From Laetmonice hystrix (Eukaryota), in contig OZ249440.1 in assembly GCA_965235115.1 (NCBI GenBank), positions 13,454,001 to 13,518,000 of the forward strand: 64,000 nt of DNA, read 5' to 3'. Below are positions 13,450 through 26,100 of this stretch, in pieces. Numbering within the stretch: position 1 is the first letter of the stretch; every line of letters begins with the position of its first letter. Below the pieces are notes generated by a model, which was not told the DNA's origin, made no database searches, and saw only the letters and a list, made by a program, of their open reading frames with translations. The position numbers and the translations under genes are program-made.

Positions 13450-14163
13450 TTGAACATGGTAAGGAAGGACAAGATTTTACATCATAGACGCTGGCCTGCT
13501 TTAGTGCTTAGACTAGTTGCCACTAAATTACGGGAGTTACGCCGTTACGCTCCGGTCCGACCGACTGTTTACACCGACATGGTGGCGAGAGTCCTCCTAA
13601 CCAGGCAGTAGCTAAACCATAAATAAATTGTCACAGGTTGTACGATCTAACTAGATAACCTGTGTAATTATTTAAAAGATGTAAAGGATAATGCCTTACC
13701 TACTGATTCGATCTGATACCTTCACAGAGTTTATTTCTTTACGCGAATGTACTTATTGGATCCTAATTTCGCCAACATTCCACCATTTGTTTACTGGCAA
13801 CAGGGGTGGTACAGACCTCATTTTGCTATTTATTTTAGTATCCACAGTACATAAAAACTGTTTTGATAATGTACTGCAATATTATATTTGATCTTATTTA
13901 ATATTAAACGCAGATATATCCTTATATTTCTGTCATGATATACAAATTATTTTAGTTACCAGGTTTGAGTACGAAACTAGACTAAAACATTGCACGTTTA
14001 CCTATTCAGTCATCGGCAGTGTTCGGCGGCGCTCGCTGGTGTTCGGGAAACGATACGAGTGGTCGCGGTGTTTGGGTGCTTAGCGCGGCGAGTTGAGAAG
14101 CTGTGGATGTTATTTACTCCTTGGAATATTTCTTGAGACTTGTAAAAATATCATTCAGGGAAT
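13450..14163. promoter_or_regulatory. Probable bidirectional promoter between CFAP99 (-) and the NDRG-like gene (+)
   Basis: Start codons at 13161 (-) and 14164 (+) are head-to-head about 1.0 kb apart. CpG-rich patches lie at 13530-13610 and 14010-14095. Confidence 0.55.
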
Positions 14164-17100
14164 ATGGCAACTCCGGAAAAAGACCAGGTACGTAAGAGTC
14201 GTTCTACTCGTGCAACATTCTCGTGTTGACACTAGAAATGGGCGGAGTTTTTACGCCCTGAGTCGTGAATGTTTACACCGTCTTTGGAGAGATGCTCTGC
14301 CCCCAACATGACAAGCGAGCATCTCTGCCACCGACGGCTTCCCCACCTAACAGTAACACTACAGAATGCAGGAAACATAATATTTATTTATGGTTTTATC
14401 GTTACGAGTGATGTTCAGAAATGAGAGGCGACCTCTCCCCGGTGTTATATTGGTCTGTATGCCATTATACGGCCAGGAAATCGATGCGGTTTTAGCTATT
14501 TAGTGAAGTGCTGGCCGTGTGGGTTTAGGGGCGGGGGAGCGCCTGTGTACCGGTCTGTGGACGATACACAGGCGGCAGTGAGGAAGGGGGGTGGGGTGGC
14601 ACCCGCAGAACGCGGCGACGGGGCCTTCGCTATCGATTTCCACCGGTCCCCAACACTTGCATGAATATCATTATACACTCGCCACAGGGGTTTTCTGAGG
14701 TATACTACTGACAATATCCAAGTCTATGAAACCGGCAAATTGGAAGGTTGGACATTGGGCGAATCGGTTCGGGATGGGGAATTCTATGACTCCTCAGACG
14801 AACACGTCGCAACCAGGCGAAGACGTTCTAGCTAACTGTGGATGGATCAATAACATTATGTTGGGCTGGCGGCGGGGGTCGCCGTCGTATGCTGTGCTGG
14901 TTAGCACGAGAGGCTAGACGACAACGGTACTGGCGACACCCGACCGCTGAGCACGCGCATCGCATGTACGACAGGCACGCGCGTGTCAGTGAGCATGGAC
15001 CCTAAAAAAAATCACGCACCCAGTGAATGTAGAAACGACGACGTAGGCCTACCCCTCTTCTCAGCCTAGTGGATTTATATAAGCATGACAATATTTAACT
15101 TTCCCAATCCAAATGAACAAGTACCTCCCCACTGACACTGTCCTCACCCCGACCCTACCACCGTCACTGAGACACTATACCCCCTCCAGGCCCCAGTGTT
15201 CTCACCCCGACCCCACCACCATGACTGAGTCCCGCTCCCTCCTCCAGGCCCCAGTGTTCTCACCCCGACCCCACCACCGTGACTGAGTCCCTCCCCCTCC
15301 AGGCCCCAGTGTTCTCACCCCGACCCCACCACCGTGACTGAGTCCCTCCCCCTCCAGGCCCCAGTGTTCTCACCCCGACCCCACCACCGTGACTGAGTCC
15401 CTCCCCTTCCAGGCCCCAGTGTTCTCACCCCGACCCCACCACCGTGACTGAGTCCCTCCCCTTCCAGGCCCCAGTGTTCTCACCCCGAACCCACCACCGT
15501 GAGTCCCCCCCTCTCCAGGCCCCAGTGTTCTCACCCCGACCCCACCATCGTGAGTCCCTCCCCCTCCAGGCCCCAGTGTTCTCACCCCGACCCCACCACC
15601 GTGACTGAGTCCCTCCCCCTCCAGGCCCCAGTGTTCTCACCCGACCCCACCACCGTGACTGAGTCCCTCCCCCTCCAGGCCCCAGTGTTCTCACCCCGAC
15701 CCCACCACCGTGACTGAGTCCCTCCCCCTCCAGGCCCCAGTGTTCTCACCCCGACCCCACCACCGTGACTGAGTCCCGCTCCCTCCTCCAGGCCCCAGTG
15801 TTCTCACCCCGACCCCACCACCGTGACTGAGTCCCTCCCCCTCCAGGCCCCAGTGTTCTCACCCCGACCCCACCACCGTGACTGAGTCCCTCCCCCTCCA
15901 GGCCCCAGTGTTCTCACCCCGACCCCACCACCGTGACTGAGTCCCTCCCCTTCCAGGCCCCAGTGTTCTCACCCCGACCCCACCACCGTGACTGAGTCCC
16001 TCCCCTTCCAGGCCCCAGTGTTCTCACCCCGAACCCACCACCGTGAGTCCCCCCCTCTCCAGGCCCCAGTGTTCTCACCCCGACCCCACCATCGTGAGTC
16101 CCTCCCCCTCCAGGCCCCAGTGTTCTCACCCCGACCCCACCACCGTGACTGAGTCCCTCCCCCTCCAGGCCCCAGTGTTCTCACCCGACCCCACCACCGT
16201 GACTGAGTCCCTCCCCCTCCAGGCCCCAGTGTTCTCACCCCGACCCCACCACCGTGACTGAGTCCCTCCCCCTCCAGGCCCCAGTGTTCTCACCCCGACC
16301 CCACCACCGTGACTGAGTCCCTCCCTCCTCCAGGCCCCAGTGTTCTCACCCCGACCCCACCATCGTGAGTCCCTCTCTCCTCCAGGCCCCAGTGTTCTCA
16401 CCCCGACCCCACCACCGTGACTGAGTCCCTCCCTCCTCCAGGCCCCAGTGTTCTCACCCCGACCCCACCACCGTGACTGAGTCCCTCCCCCTCCAGGCCC
16501 CAGTGTTCTCACCCCGACCCCACCACCGTGAGTCCCTCCCCTTCCAGGCCCCAGTGTTCTCACCCCGCCCCCACCACCGTGACTGAGTCCCTCCCCCTCC
16601 AGGCCCCAGTGTTCTCACCCCGCCCCCACCACTGTGACTGAGTCCCTCCCCCTCCAGGCCCCAGTGTTCTCACCCCGCCCCCACCACTGTGACTGAGTCC
16701 CTCCCCCTCCAGGCCCCAGTGTTCTCACCCCGACCCCACCACCGTGACTGAGCCCTCCCCCTCCAGGCCCCAGTGTTCTCACCCCGACCCCACCACCGTG
16801 ACTGAGTCCCTCCCCTTCCAGGCCCCAGTGTTCTCACCCCGCCCCCACCACTGTGACTGAGTCCCTCCCCCTCCAGGCCCCAGTGTTCTCACCCCGACCC
16901 CACCACCGTGACTGAGCCCTCCCCCTCCAGGCCCCAGTGTTCTCACCCCGACCCCACCACCGTGACTGAGTCCCTCCCCCTCCAGGCCCCAGTGTTCTCA
17001 CCCCGACCCCACCACTGTGACTGAGTCCCTCCCCCTCCAGGCCCCAGTGTTCTCACCCCGACCCCACCACCGTGACTGAGTCCCTCCCCTTCCAGGCCCC

Positions 17101-20100
17101 AGTGTTCTCACCCTGACCCCACCACCGTGAGTCCCCCCCCTCTCCAGGCCCCAGTGCTCTCACCCCGACCCCACCATCGTGAGTCCCTCCCCCTCCAGGC
17201 CCCAGTGTTCTCACCCCGACCCCACCACCGTGACTGAGTCCCTCCCTCCTCCAGGCCCCAGTGTTCTCACCCCGACCCCACCACCGTGACTGAGTCCCTC
17301 CCCCTCCAGGCCCCAGTGTTCTCACCCCGACCCCACCACCGTGAGTCCCTCCCCTTCCAGGCCCCAGTGTTCTCACCCCGACCCCACCACCGTGAGTCCC
17401 TCCCCTTCCAGGCCCCAGTGTTCTCACCCCGACCCCACCACCGTGACTGAGTCCCTCCCCCTCCAGGCCCCAGTGTTCTCACCCCGACCCCACCACCGTG
17501 ACTGAGTCCCTCCCCCTCTAGGCCCCAGTGTTCTCACCCCGACCCCACCACCGTGACTGAGTCCCTCCCCCTCCAGGCCCCAGTGTTCTCACCCCGACCC
17601 CACCACCGTGACTGAGTCCCTCCCCTTCCAGGCCCCAGTGTTCTCACCCCGACCCCACCACCGTGACTGAGTCCCTCCCCCTCTAGGCCCCAGTGTTCTC
17701 ACCCCGACCCCACCACCGTGACTGAGTCCCTCCCCCTCCAGGCCCCAGTGTTCTCACCCCGACCCCACCACCGTGACTGAGTCCCTCCCCCTCCAGGCCC
17801 CAGTGTTCTCACCCCGACCCCACCACTGTGACTGAGTCCCTCCCCCTCCAGGCCCCAGTGTTCTCACCCCGACCCCACCACTGTGACTGAGTCCCTCCCC
17901 CTCCAGGCCCCAGTGTTCTCACCCCGACCCCACCACCGTGAGTCCCTCCCCCTCCAGGCCCCAGTGTTCTCACCCCGACCCCACCACCGTGACTGAGTCC
18001 CTCCCCTTCCAGACCCCAGTGTTCTCACCCTGACCCCACCACCGTGAGTCCCTCCCCTTCCAGGCCCCAGTGTTCTCACCCCGACCCCACCATCGTGAGT
18101 CCCTCCCCCTCCAGGCCCCAGTGTTCTCACCCCGACCCCACCACCGTGAGTCCCTCCCCTTCCAGGCCCCAGTGTTCTCACCCCGACCCCACCATCGTGA
18201 GTCCCTCCCCCTCCAGGCCCCAGTGTTCTCACCCCGACCCCACCACCGTGACTGAGTCCCTCCCCCTCCAGGCCCCAGTGTTCTCACCCGACCCCACCAC
18301 CGTGACTGAGTCCCTCCCCCTCCAGGCCCCAGTGTTCTCACCCCGACCCCACCACCGTGACTGAGTCCCTCCCCCTCCAGGCCCCAGTGTTCTCACCCCG
18401 ACCCCACCACCGTGACTGAGTCCCTCCCTCCTCCAGGCCCCAGTGTTCTCACCCCGACCCCACCATCGTGAGTCCCTCTCTCCTCCAGGCCCCAGTGTTC
18501 TCACCCCGACCCCACCACCGTGACTGAGTCCCTCCCTCCTCCAGGCCCCAGTGTTCTCACCCCGACCCCACCACCGTGACTGAGTCCCTCCCCCTCCAGG
18601 CCCCAGTGTTCTCACCCGACCCCACCACCGTGAGTCCCTCCCCTTCCAGGCCCCAGTGTTCTCACCCCGCCCCCACCACTGTGACTGAGTCCCTCCCCCT
18701 CCAGGCCCCAGTGTTCTCACCCCGACCCCACCACCGTGACTGAGCCCTCCCCCTCCAGGCCCCAGTGTTCTCACCCCGACCCCACCACCGTGACTGAGTC
18801 CCTCCCCTTCCAGGCCCCAGTGTTCTCACCCCGCCCCCACCACTGTGACTGAGTCCCTCCCCCTCCAGGCCCCAGTGTTCTCACCCCGACCCCACCACCG
18901 TGACTGAGCCCTCCCCCTCCAGGCCCCAGTGTTCTCACCCCGACCCCACCACCGTGACTGAGTCCCTCCCCCTCCAGGCCCCAGTGTTCTCACCCCGACC
19001 CCACCACTGTGACTGAGTCCCTCCCCCTCCAGGCCCCAGTGTTCTCACCCCGACCCCACCACCGTGACTGAGTCCCTCCCCTTCCAGGCCCCAGTGTTCT
19101 CACCCTGACCCCACCACCGTGAGTCCCCCCCCTCTCCAGGCCCCAGTGCTCTCACCCCGACCCCACCATCGTGAGTCCCTCCCCCTCCAGGCCCCAGTGT
19201 TCTCACCCCGACCCCACCACCGTGACTGAGTCCCTCCCTCCTCCAGGCCCCAGTGTTCTCACCCCGACCCCACCACCGTGACTGAGTCCCTCCCCCTCCA
19301 GGCCCCAGTGTTCTCACCCCGACCCCACCACCGTGAGTCCCTCCCCTTCCAGGCCCCAGTGTTCTCACCCCGACCCCACCACCGTGAGTCCCTCCCCTTC
19401 CAGGCCCCAGTGTTCTCACCCCGACCCCACCACCGTGACTGAGTCCCTCCCCCTCCAGGCCCCAGTGTTCTCACCCCGACCCCACCACCGTGACTGAGTC
19501 CCTCCCCCTCTAGGCCCCAGTGTTCTCACCCCGACCCCACCACCGTGACTGAGTCCCTCCCCCTCCAGGCCCCAGTGTTCTCACCCCGACCCCACCACCG
19601 TGACTGAGTCCCTCCCCTTCCAGGCCCCAGTGTTCTCACCCCGACCCCACCACCGTGACTGAGTCCCTCCCCCTCTAGGCCCCAGTGTTCTCACCCCGAC
19701 CCCACCACCGTGACTGAGTCCCTCCCCCTCCAGGCCCCAGTGTTCTCACCCCGACCCCACCACCGTGACTGAGTCCCTCCCCCTCCAGGCCCCAGTGTTC
19801 TCACCCCGACCCCACCACTGTGACTGAGTCCCTCCCCCTCCAGGCCCCAGTGTTCTCACCCCGACCCCACCACTGTGACTGAGTCCCTCCCCCTCCAGGC
19901 CCCAGTGTTCTCACCCCGACCCCACCACCGTGAGTCCCTCCCCCTCCAGGCCCCAGTGTTCTCACCCCGACCCCACCACCGTGACTGAGTCCCTCCCCTT
20001 CCAGACCCCAGTGTTCTCACCCTGACCCCACCACCGTGAGTCCCTCCCCTTCCAGGCCCCAGTGTTCTCACCCCGACCCCACCATCGTGAGTCCCTCCCC

Positions 20101-23100
20101 CTCCAGGCCCCAGTGTTCTCACCCCGACCCCACCACCGTGAGTCCCTCCCCTTCCAGGCCCCAGTGTTCTCACCCCGACCCCACCATCGTGAGTCCCTCC
20201 CCCTCCAGGCCCCAGTGTTCTCACCCCGACCCCACCACCGTGACTGAGTCCCTCCCCCTCCAGGCCCCAGTGTTCTCACCCGACCCCACCACCGTGACTG
20301 AGTCCCTCCCCCTCCAGGCCCCAGTGTTCTCACCCCGACCCCACCACCGTGACTGAGTCCCTCCCCCTCCAGGCCCCAGTGTTCTCACCCCGACCCCACC
20401 ACCGTGACTGAGTCCCTCCCTCCTCCAGGCCCCAGTGTTCTCACCCCGACCCCACCATCGTGAGTCCCTCTCTCCTCCAGGCCCCAGTGTTCTCACCCCG
20501 ACCCCACCACCGTGACTGAGTCCCTCCCTCCTCCAGGCCCCAGTGTTCTCACCCCGACCCCACCACCGTGACTGAGTCCCTCCCCCTCCAGGCCCCAGTG
20601 TTCTCACCCCGACCCCACCACCGTGAGTCCCTCCCCTTCCAGGCCCCAGTGTTCTCACCCCGCCCCCACCACTGTGACTGAGTCCCTCCCCCTCCAGGCC
20701 CCAGTGTTCTCACCCCGACCCCACCACCGTGACTGAGCCCTCCCCCTCCAGGCCCCAGTGTTCTCACCCCGACCCCACCACCGTGACTGAGTCCCTCCCC
20801 TTCCAGGCCCCAGTGTTCTCACCCCGCCCCCACCACTGTGACTGAGTCCCTCCCCCTCCAGGCCCCAGTGTTCTCACCCCGACCCCACCACCGTGACTGA
20901 GCCCTCCCCCTCCAGGCCCCAGTGTTCTCACCCCGACCCCACCACCGTGACTGAGTCCCTCCCCCTCCAGGCCCCAGTGTTCTCACCCCGACCCCACCAC
21001 TGTGACTGAGTCCCTCCCCCTCCAGGCCCCAGTGTTCTCACCCCGACCCCACCACCGTGACTGAGTCCCTCCCCTTCCAGGCCCCAGTGTTCTCACCCTG
21101 ACCCCACCACCGTGAGTCCCCCCCCCTCTCCAGGCCCCAGTGCTCTCACCCCGACCCCACCATCGTGAGTCCCTCCCCCTCCAGGCCCCAGTGTTCTCAC
21201 CCCGACCCCACCACCGTGACTGAGTCCCTCCCTCCTCCAGGCCCCAGTGTTCTCACCCCGACCCCACCACCGTGACTGAGTCCCTCCCCCTCCAGGCCCC
21301 AGTGTTCTCACCCTGACCCCACCACCGTGAGTCCCTCCCCTTCCAGGCCCCAGTGTTCTCACCCCGACCCCACCACCGTGAGTCCCTCCCCTTCCAGGCC
21401 CCAGTGTTCTCACCCCGACCCCACCACCGTGACTGAGTCCCTCCCCCTCCAGGCCCCAGTGTTCTCACCCCGACCCCACCACCGTGACTGAGTCCCTCCC
21501 CCTCTAGGCCCCAGTGTTCTCACCCCGACCCCACCACCGTGACTGAGTCCCTCCCCCTCCAGGCCCCAGTGTTCTCACCCCGACCCCACCACCGTGACTG
21601 AGTCCCTCCCCTTCCAGGCCCCAGTGTTCTCACCCCGACCCCACCACCGTGACTGAGTCCCTCCCCCTCTAGGCCCCAGTGTTCTCACCCCGACCCCACC
21701 ACCGTGACTGAGTCCCTCCCCCTCCAGGCCCCAGTGTTCTCACCCCGACCCCACCACCGTGACTGAGTCCCTCCCCCTCCAGGCCCCAGTGTTCTCACCC
21801 CGACCCCACCACTGTGACTGAGTCCCTCCCCCTCCAGGCCCCAGTGTTCTCACCCCGACCCCACCACTGTGACTGAGTCCCTCCCCCTCCAGGCCCCAGT
21901 GTTCTCACCCCGACCCCACCACCGTGAGTCCCTCCCCCTCCAGGCCCCAGTGTTCTCACCCCGACCCCACCACCGTGACTGAGTCCCTCCCCTTCCAGAC
22001 CCCAGTGTTCTCACCCTGACCCCACCACCGTGAGTCCCTCCCCTTCCAGGCCCCAGTGTTCTCACCCCGACCCCACCATCGTGAGTCCCTCCCCCTCCAG
22101 GCCCCAGTGTTCTCACCCCGACCCCACCACCGTGAGTCCCTCCCCTTCCAGGCCCCAGTGTTCTCACCCCGACCCCACCACCGTGAGTCCCTCCCCCTCC
22201 AGGCCCCAGTGTTCTCACCCCGACCCCACCACCGTGACTGAGTCCCTCCCCTTCCAGGCCCCAGTGTTCTCACCCCGACCCCACCACCGTGACTGAGTCC
22301 CTCCCCTTCCAGGCCCCAGTGTTCTCACCCTGACCCCACCACCGTGAGTCCCCCCCCCCTCTCCAGGCCCCAGTGTTCTCACCCCGACCCCACCATCGTG
22401 AGTCCCTCCCCCTCCAGGCCCCAGTGTTCTCACCCCGACCCCACCACCGTGAGTCCCTCCCCTTCCAGGCCCCAGTGTTCTCACCCCGACCCCACCACCG
22501 TGACTGAGTCCCTCCCCCTCCAGGTCCCAGTGTTCTCACCCCGACCCCACCACCGTGACTGAGTCCCTCCCCCTCCAGGTCCCAGTGTTCTCACCCCGCC
22601 CCCACCACCGTGAGTCCCCCCCCCCCCCGCCAGGCCCCAGTGTTCTCACCCTGACCCCACCACCGTGAGTCCCTCCCTCCTCCAGGTCCCAGTGTTCTCA
22701 CCCCGACCCCACCATCGTGAGTCCCTCCCCCTCCAGGCCCCAGTGTTCTCACCCCGACCCCACCACCGTGAGTCCCTCCCCCTCCAGGCCCCAGTGTTCT
22801 CACCCGGACCCCACCACCGTGACTGAGTCCCTCCCCCTCCAGGTCCCAGTGTTCTCACCCCGACCCCACCACCGTGACTGAGTCCCTCCCTCCTCCAGGC
22901 CCCAGTGTTCTCACCCCGACCCCACCACCGTGAGTCCCTCCCCCTCCAGGCCCCAGTGTTCTCACCCCGACCCCACCACTGTGACTGAGTCCCTCCCCCT
23001 CCAGGCCCCAGTGTTCTCACCCCGACCCCACCACCGTGAGTCCCCCCCCCTCCAGGTCCCAGTGTTCTCACCCCGACCCCACCACCGTGAGTCCCTCCCC

Positions 23101-26100
23101 CTCCAGGCCCCAGTGTTCTTAGATCTTACCCCGACCCCACCACCGTGAGTCCCTCCCCCTCCAGGTCCCAGTGTTCTCACCCCGACCCCACCACCATGAC
23201 CGAGTCCCTCCCCCTCCAGGCCCCAGTGTTCTCACCCCGACCCCACCACCGTGAGTCCCTCCCCCTCCAGGTCCCAGTGTTCTCACCCCGACCCCACCAC
23301 CGTGACTGAGTCCCTCCCTCCTTCAGGCCCCAGTGTTCTCACCCCGACCCCACCACCGTGACTGAGTCCCTCCCTCCTCCAGGCCCCAGTGTTCTCACCC
23401 CGACCCCACCACCGTGAGTCCCTCCCCCTCCAGGCCCCAGTGTTCTCACCCCGACCCCACCACCGTGACTGAGTCCCTCCCCCTCCAGGCCCCAGTGTTC
23501 TCACCCCGACCCCACCACCGTGACTGAGTCCCTCCCCCTCCAGGCCCCAGTGTTCTCACCCCGACCCCACCACCGTGAGTCCCTCCCCCTCCAGGTCCCA
23601 GTGTTCTCACCCCGACCCCACCACCGTGAGTCCCTCCCCCTCCAGGCCCCAGTGTTCTCACCCCGACCCTACCACCGTGACAGTCCCTTCCCTCTATCCA
23701 GGTCCCAGTGTTCTCACCCCGACCCCACCACCGTGAGTCCCTCCCCCTCCAGGCCCCAGTTTTCTCACCCCGACCCCACCACCGTGAGTCCCTTCCCTCT
23801 ATCCAGGCCCCAGTGTTCTCGCCCTCACCTCACCACAGAGAGGCACTCCCCTATTTACCCCCCGCCCCCACCCCTTACTATAGCCAGGACAGTTGCCAGC
23901 GCTGAAGTTGGCAGAGATGATCGAATCTGACAGCTGGTCCACTAATCCTATATTTTGTAGGACAGAAACAACAAAAATACAACAGGCGGACTGTTTGCGT
24001 AGTCAAGTGTCGTAAATACGAGAGGGGCTGGGTATGATACCAATCGTGCAGATATATGTGGCAGTACACAATACGTGAACATTCTATAACCAAGATTACC
24101 TCTTAGGCCAGTGAGGGATGCTGCAAGTTGTTTCTGTTTAATGTCTTTAGATGTGACTATTAACAGACTGCTAATTACGCTAATTACCAGTCATTGAATA
24201 TTAGAGTGGCAATCCATATATGTCACTCGCAGACTGATAAACTAATAACCGGTCATTGAATGTTAGTGTGGCAGTCTGTCCGTGTGACTATTAACAGACA
24301 GCTAAACTAGGCAGCACCTATTACTAGTGTCAGTTCTCATGGATCATTCATGAAGTTCGGATATTGGCTCTGAGGTGGTTACGGTTGGTTGAAGGCACGG
24401 TGTCCCAGTTCTGTTGTCTGTCTTTTACAGGACGAGCTGTATCGTATTGATTTCCCGAGAGCTCCGACATTATAAAGTCTGAACACTTGCGCTCTCATGA
24501 TTAAAACAGAGGATGACTATAATTTAATCAGAACTTCATCAGTGTATCAGGCTCAAAGTGCAGTGAGCGAATTTAGGAAACGATGAGTGAGGCGGGGGAG
24601 GGGTTAGATTCAGAAAGAGACACAAGCCCATTGCTAGGTTAAGTTTAGCTTTAGGATTATGACTAATGTTCTGCTGTATTTTTCGGCAGTATTTCAACCA
24701 TATGTCACAGTGAGAATAAATTGATTAAAAATTGATGAGTTGTGGGACGACCTAGGGGGCGATGATCTACATAAATCAATGTGAGAAAGAAACCCACGAC
24801 CGGGAGGTAATAGGGAAGTCATCTCTTTTCAAAGAATAGAACTTTTCTTCTTAAATACCTAGCCGCACAGTCAGGGCTGGACATCTTGGATTTTGTGGAA
24901 AGTGCTGCAAATAATAGCTATGCAGGATAAAAATAGCTGAGAAATCTTAAAAATGTTAAATCTAGATGACAATTTTTTCTGTTAAAATATGATCATTCAG
25001 CATGATATTTGGGATGAAATAAACTCCATTCAACATGTAAACACACCATTTTCGATAAAACAGGAAATTAAAAAGATACAATCCATGAAATACCACATTT
25101 ATATATATTTCCACTGTACACGTCGTTTTAAATGGTAAGTTTTTCGTCTTTCCATGAAATTTCCATGATATATTGTACAAAATGTTTATACTTACACAGA
25201 AAAAATAAAATCGACTAATTAGGCAGCCACAGTGGGTCAAAGGTGAATATGACGTCATCGTTCACCTATGAACGATCTTGATAGGCAAGGTACAGAATAT
25301 TTTTTCTAAGAAGCCCCAGTGATCATTTCTTGCTGTCCTTTTTGTTGCAGATTGCCTCGGAAGCCAATGATGTATTGAGAGAAGTTATTGGTGGCTTAGA
25401 ACACCATGAGGTGACATGCCCAACCATCGGCAAACTGGACGTGTATGTGCAGGTAAAAATCCAGGCACTTTTCTAACAACCTTTGAAAAGTAAATCTGTT
25501 CACAATAAAGGTTTTTTCAACTGGACACAGAAGTTACAGGCAACAGGTTGTGCACAGCAGTGCTTAATTTATCCTGGTGATCAAATTCTGTAAATATTGT
25601 CATAGCGTACTACTGGCGCCATACTACTGCATTAAAACTGGTCAATATTGACACGTAAAACAAATCTATTTAAACGTAATTTATTTTAAAAGATGGTGGA
25701 GGATCTACAGTGTCGGGCCTGGAATTTTTTTCTGAGCACTGCTCCCTCGTTTTGGCAATGACGAGGGTGTGCTTGCTCCTTCACATCTTACAATCCTTTT
25801 TCTGGGTCCACCCGGTCCCGGGCATGGAAGGACTAGGTGTACTTTTAGTGGGTGCAGTCTCAAGCCAAACAGGTTTTTAGTGGCTGCAGCCTCTGACCAA
25901 ACGTGTTTCTAGTGAGTGAAACATGTGGTTGACCAGACATTCAATGGGTGCAGTCTCAGGCCACACCTATTTTCAGGTTGTGGTTAAACCTGTTTTCAGT
26001 GGATGCAGTTGGTGGTCAGACGTGACTTCCATGGTTGCAGGTTGAGACCAGACCTGTTTTCACTGAATGCAGTTGTGGTCAGACGTACGTCCTTGGGTGC

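Noticed and set aside
15130-23830. CRISPR-like array
   Set aside because: There are no unique spacers, only head-to-tail monomers, and the context is a eukaryotic intron.
15370-23930. Dozens of RTLGPGGG / SPRPHHR ORFs
   Set aside because: Frame artefacts of the 55/51-bp array; 55 is not a multiple of 3 and stops recur.
24430-24480. Strong acceptor tcttttacag|GACGAG as an extra NDRG-like exon
   Set aside because: In-frame stop after 14 codons and no convincing donor.
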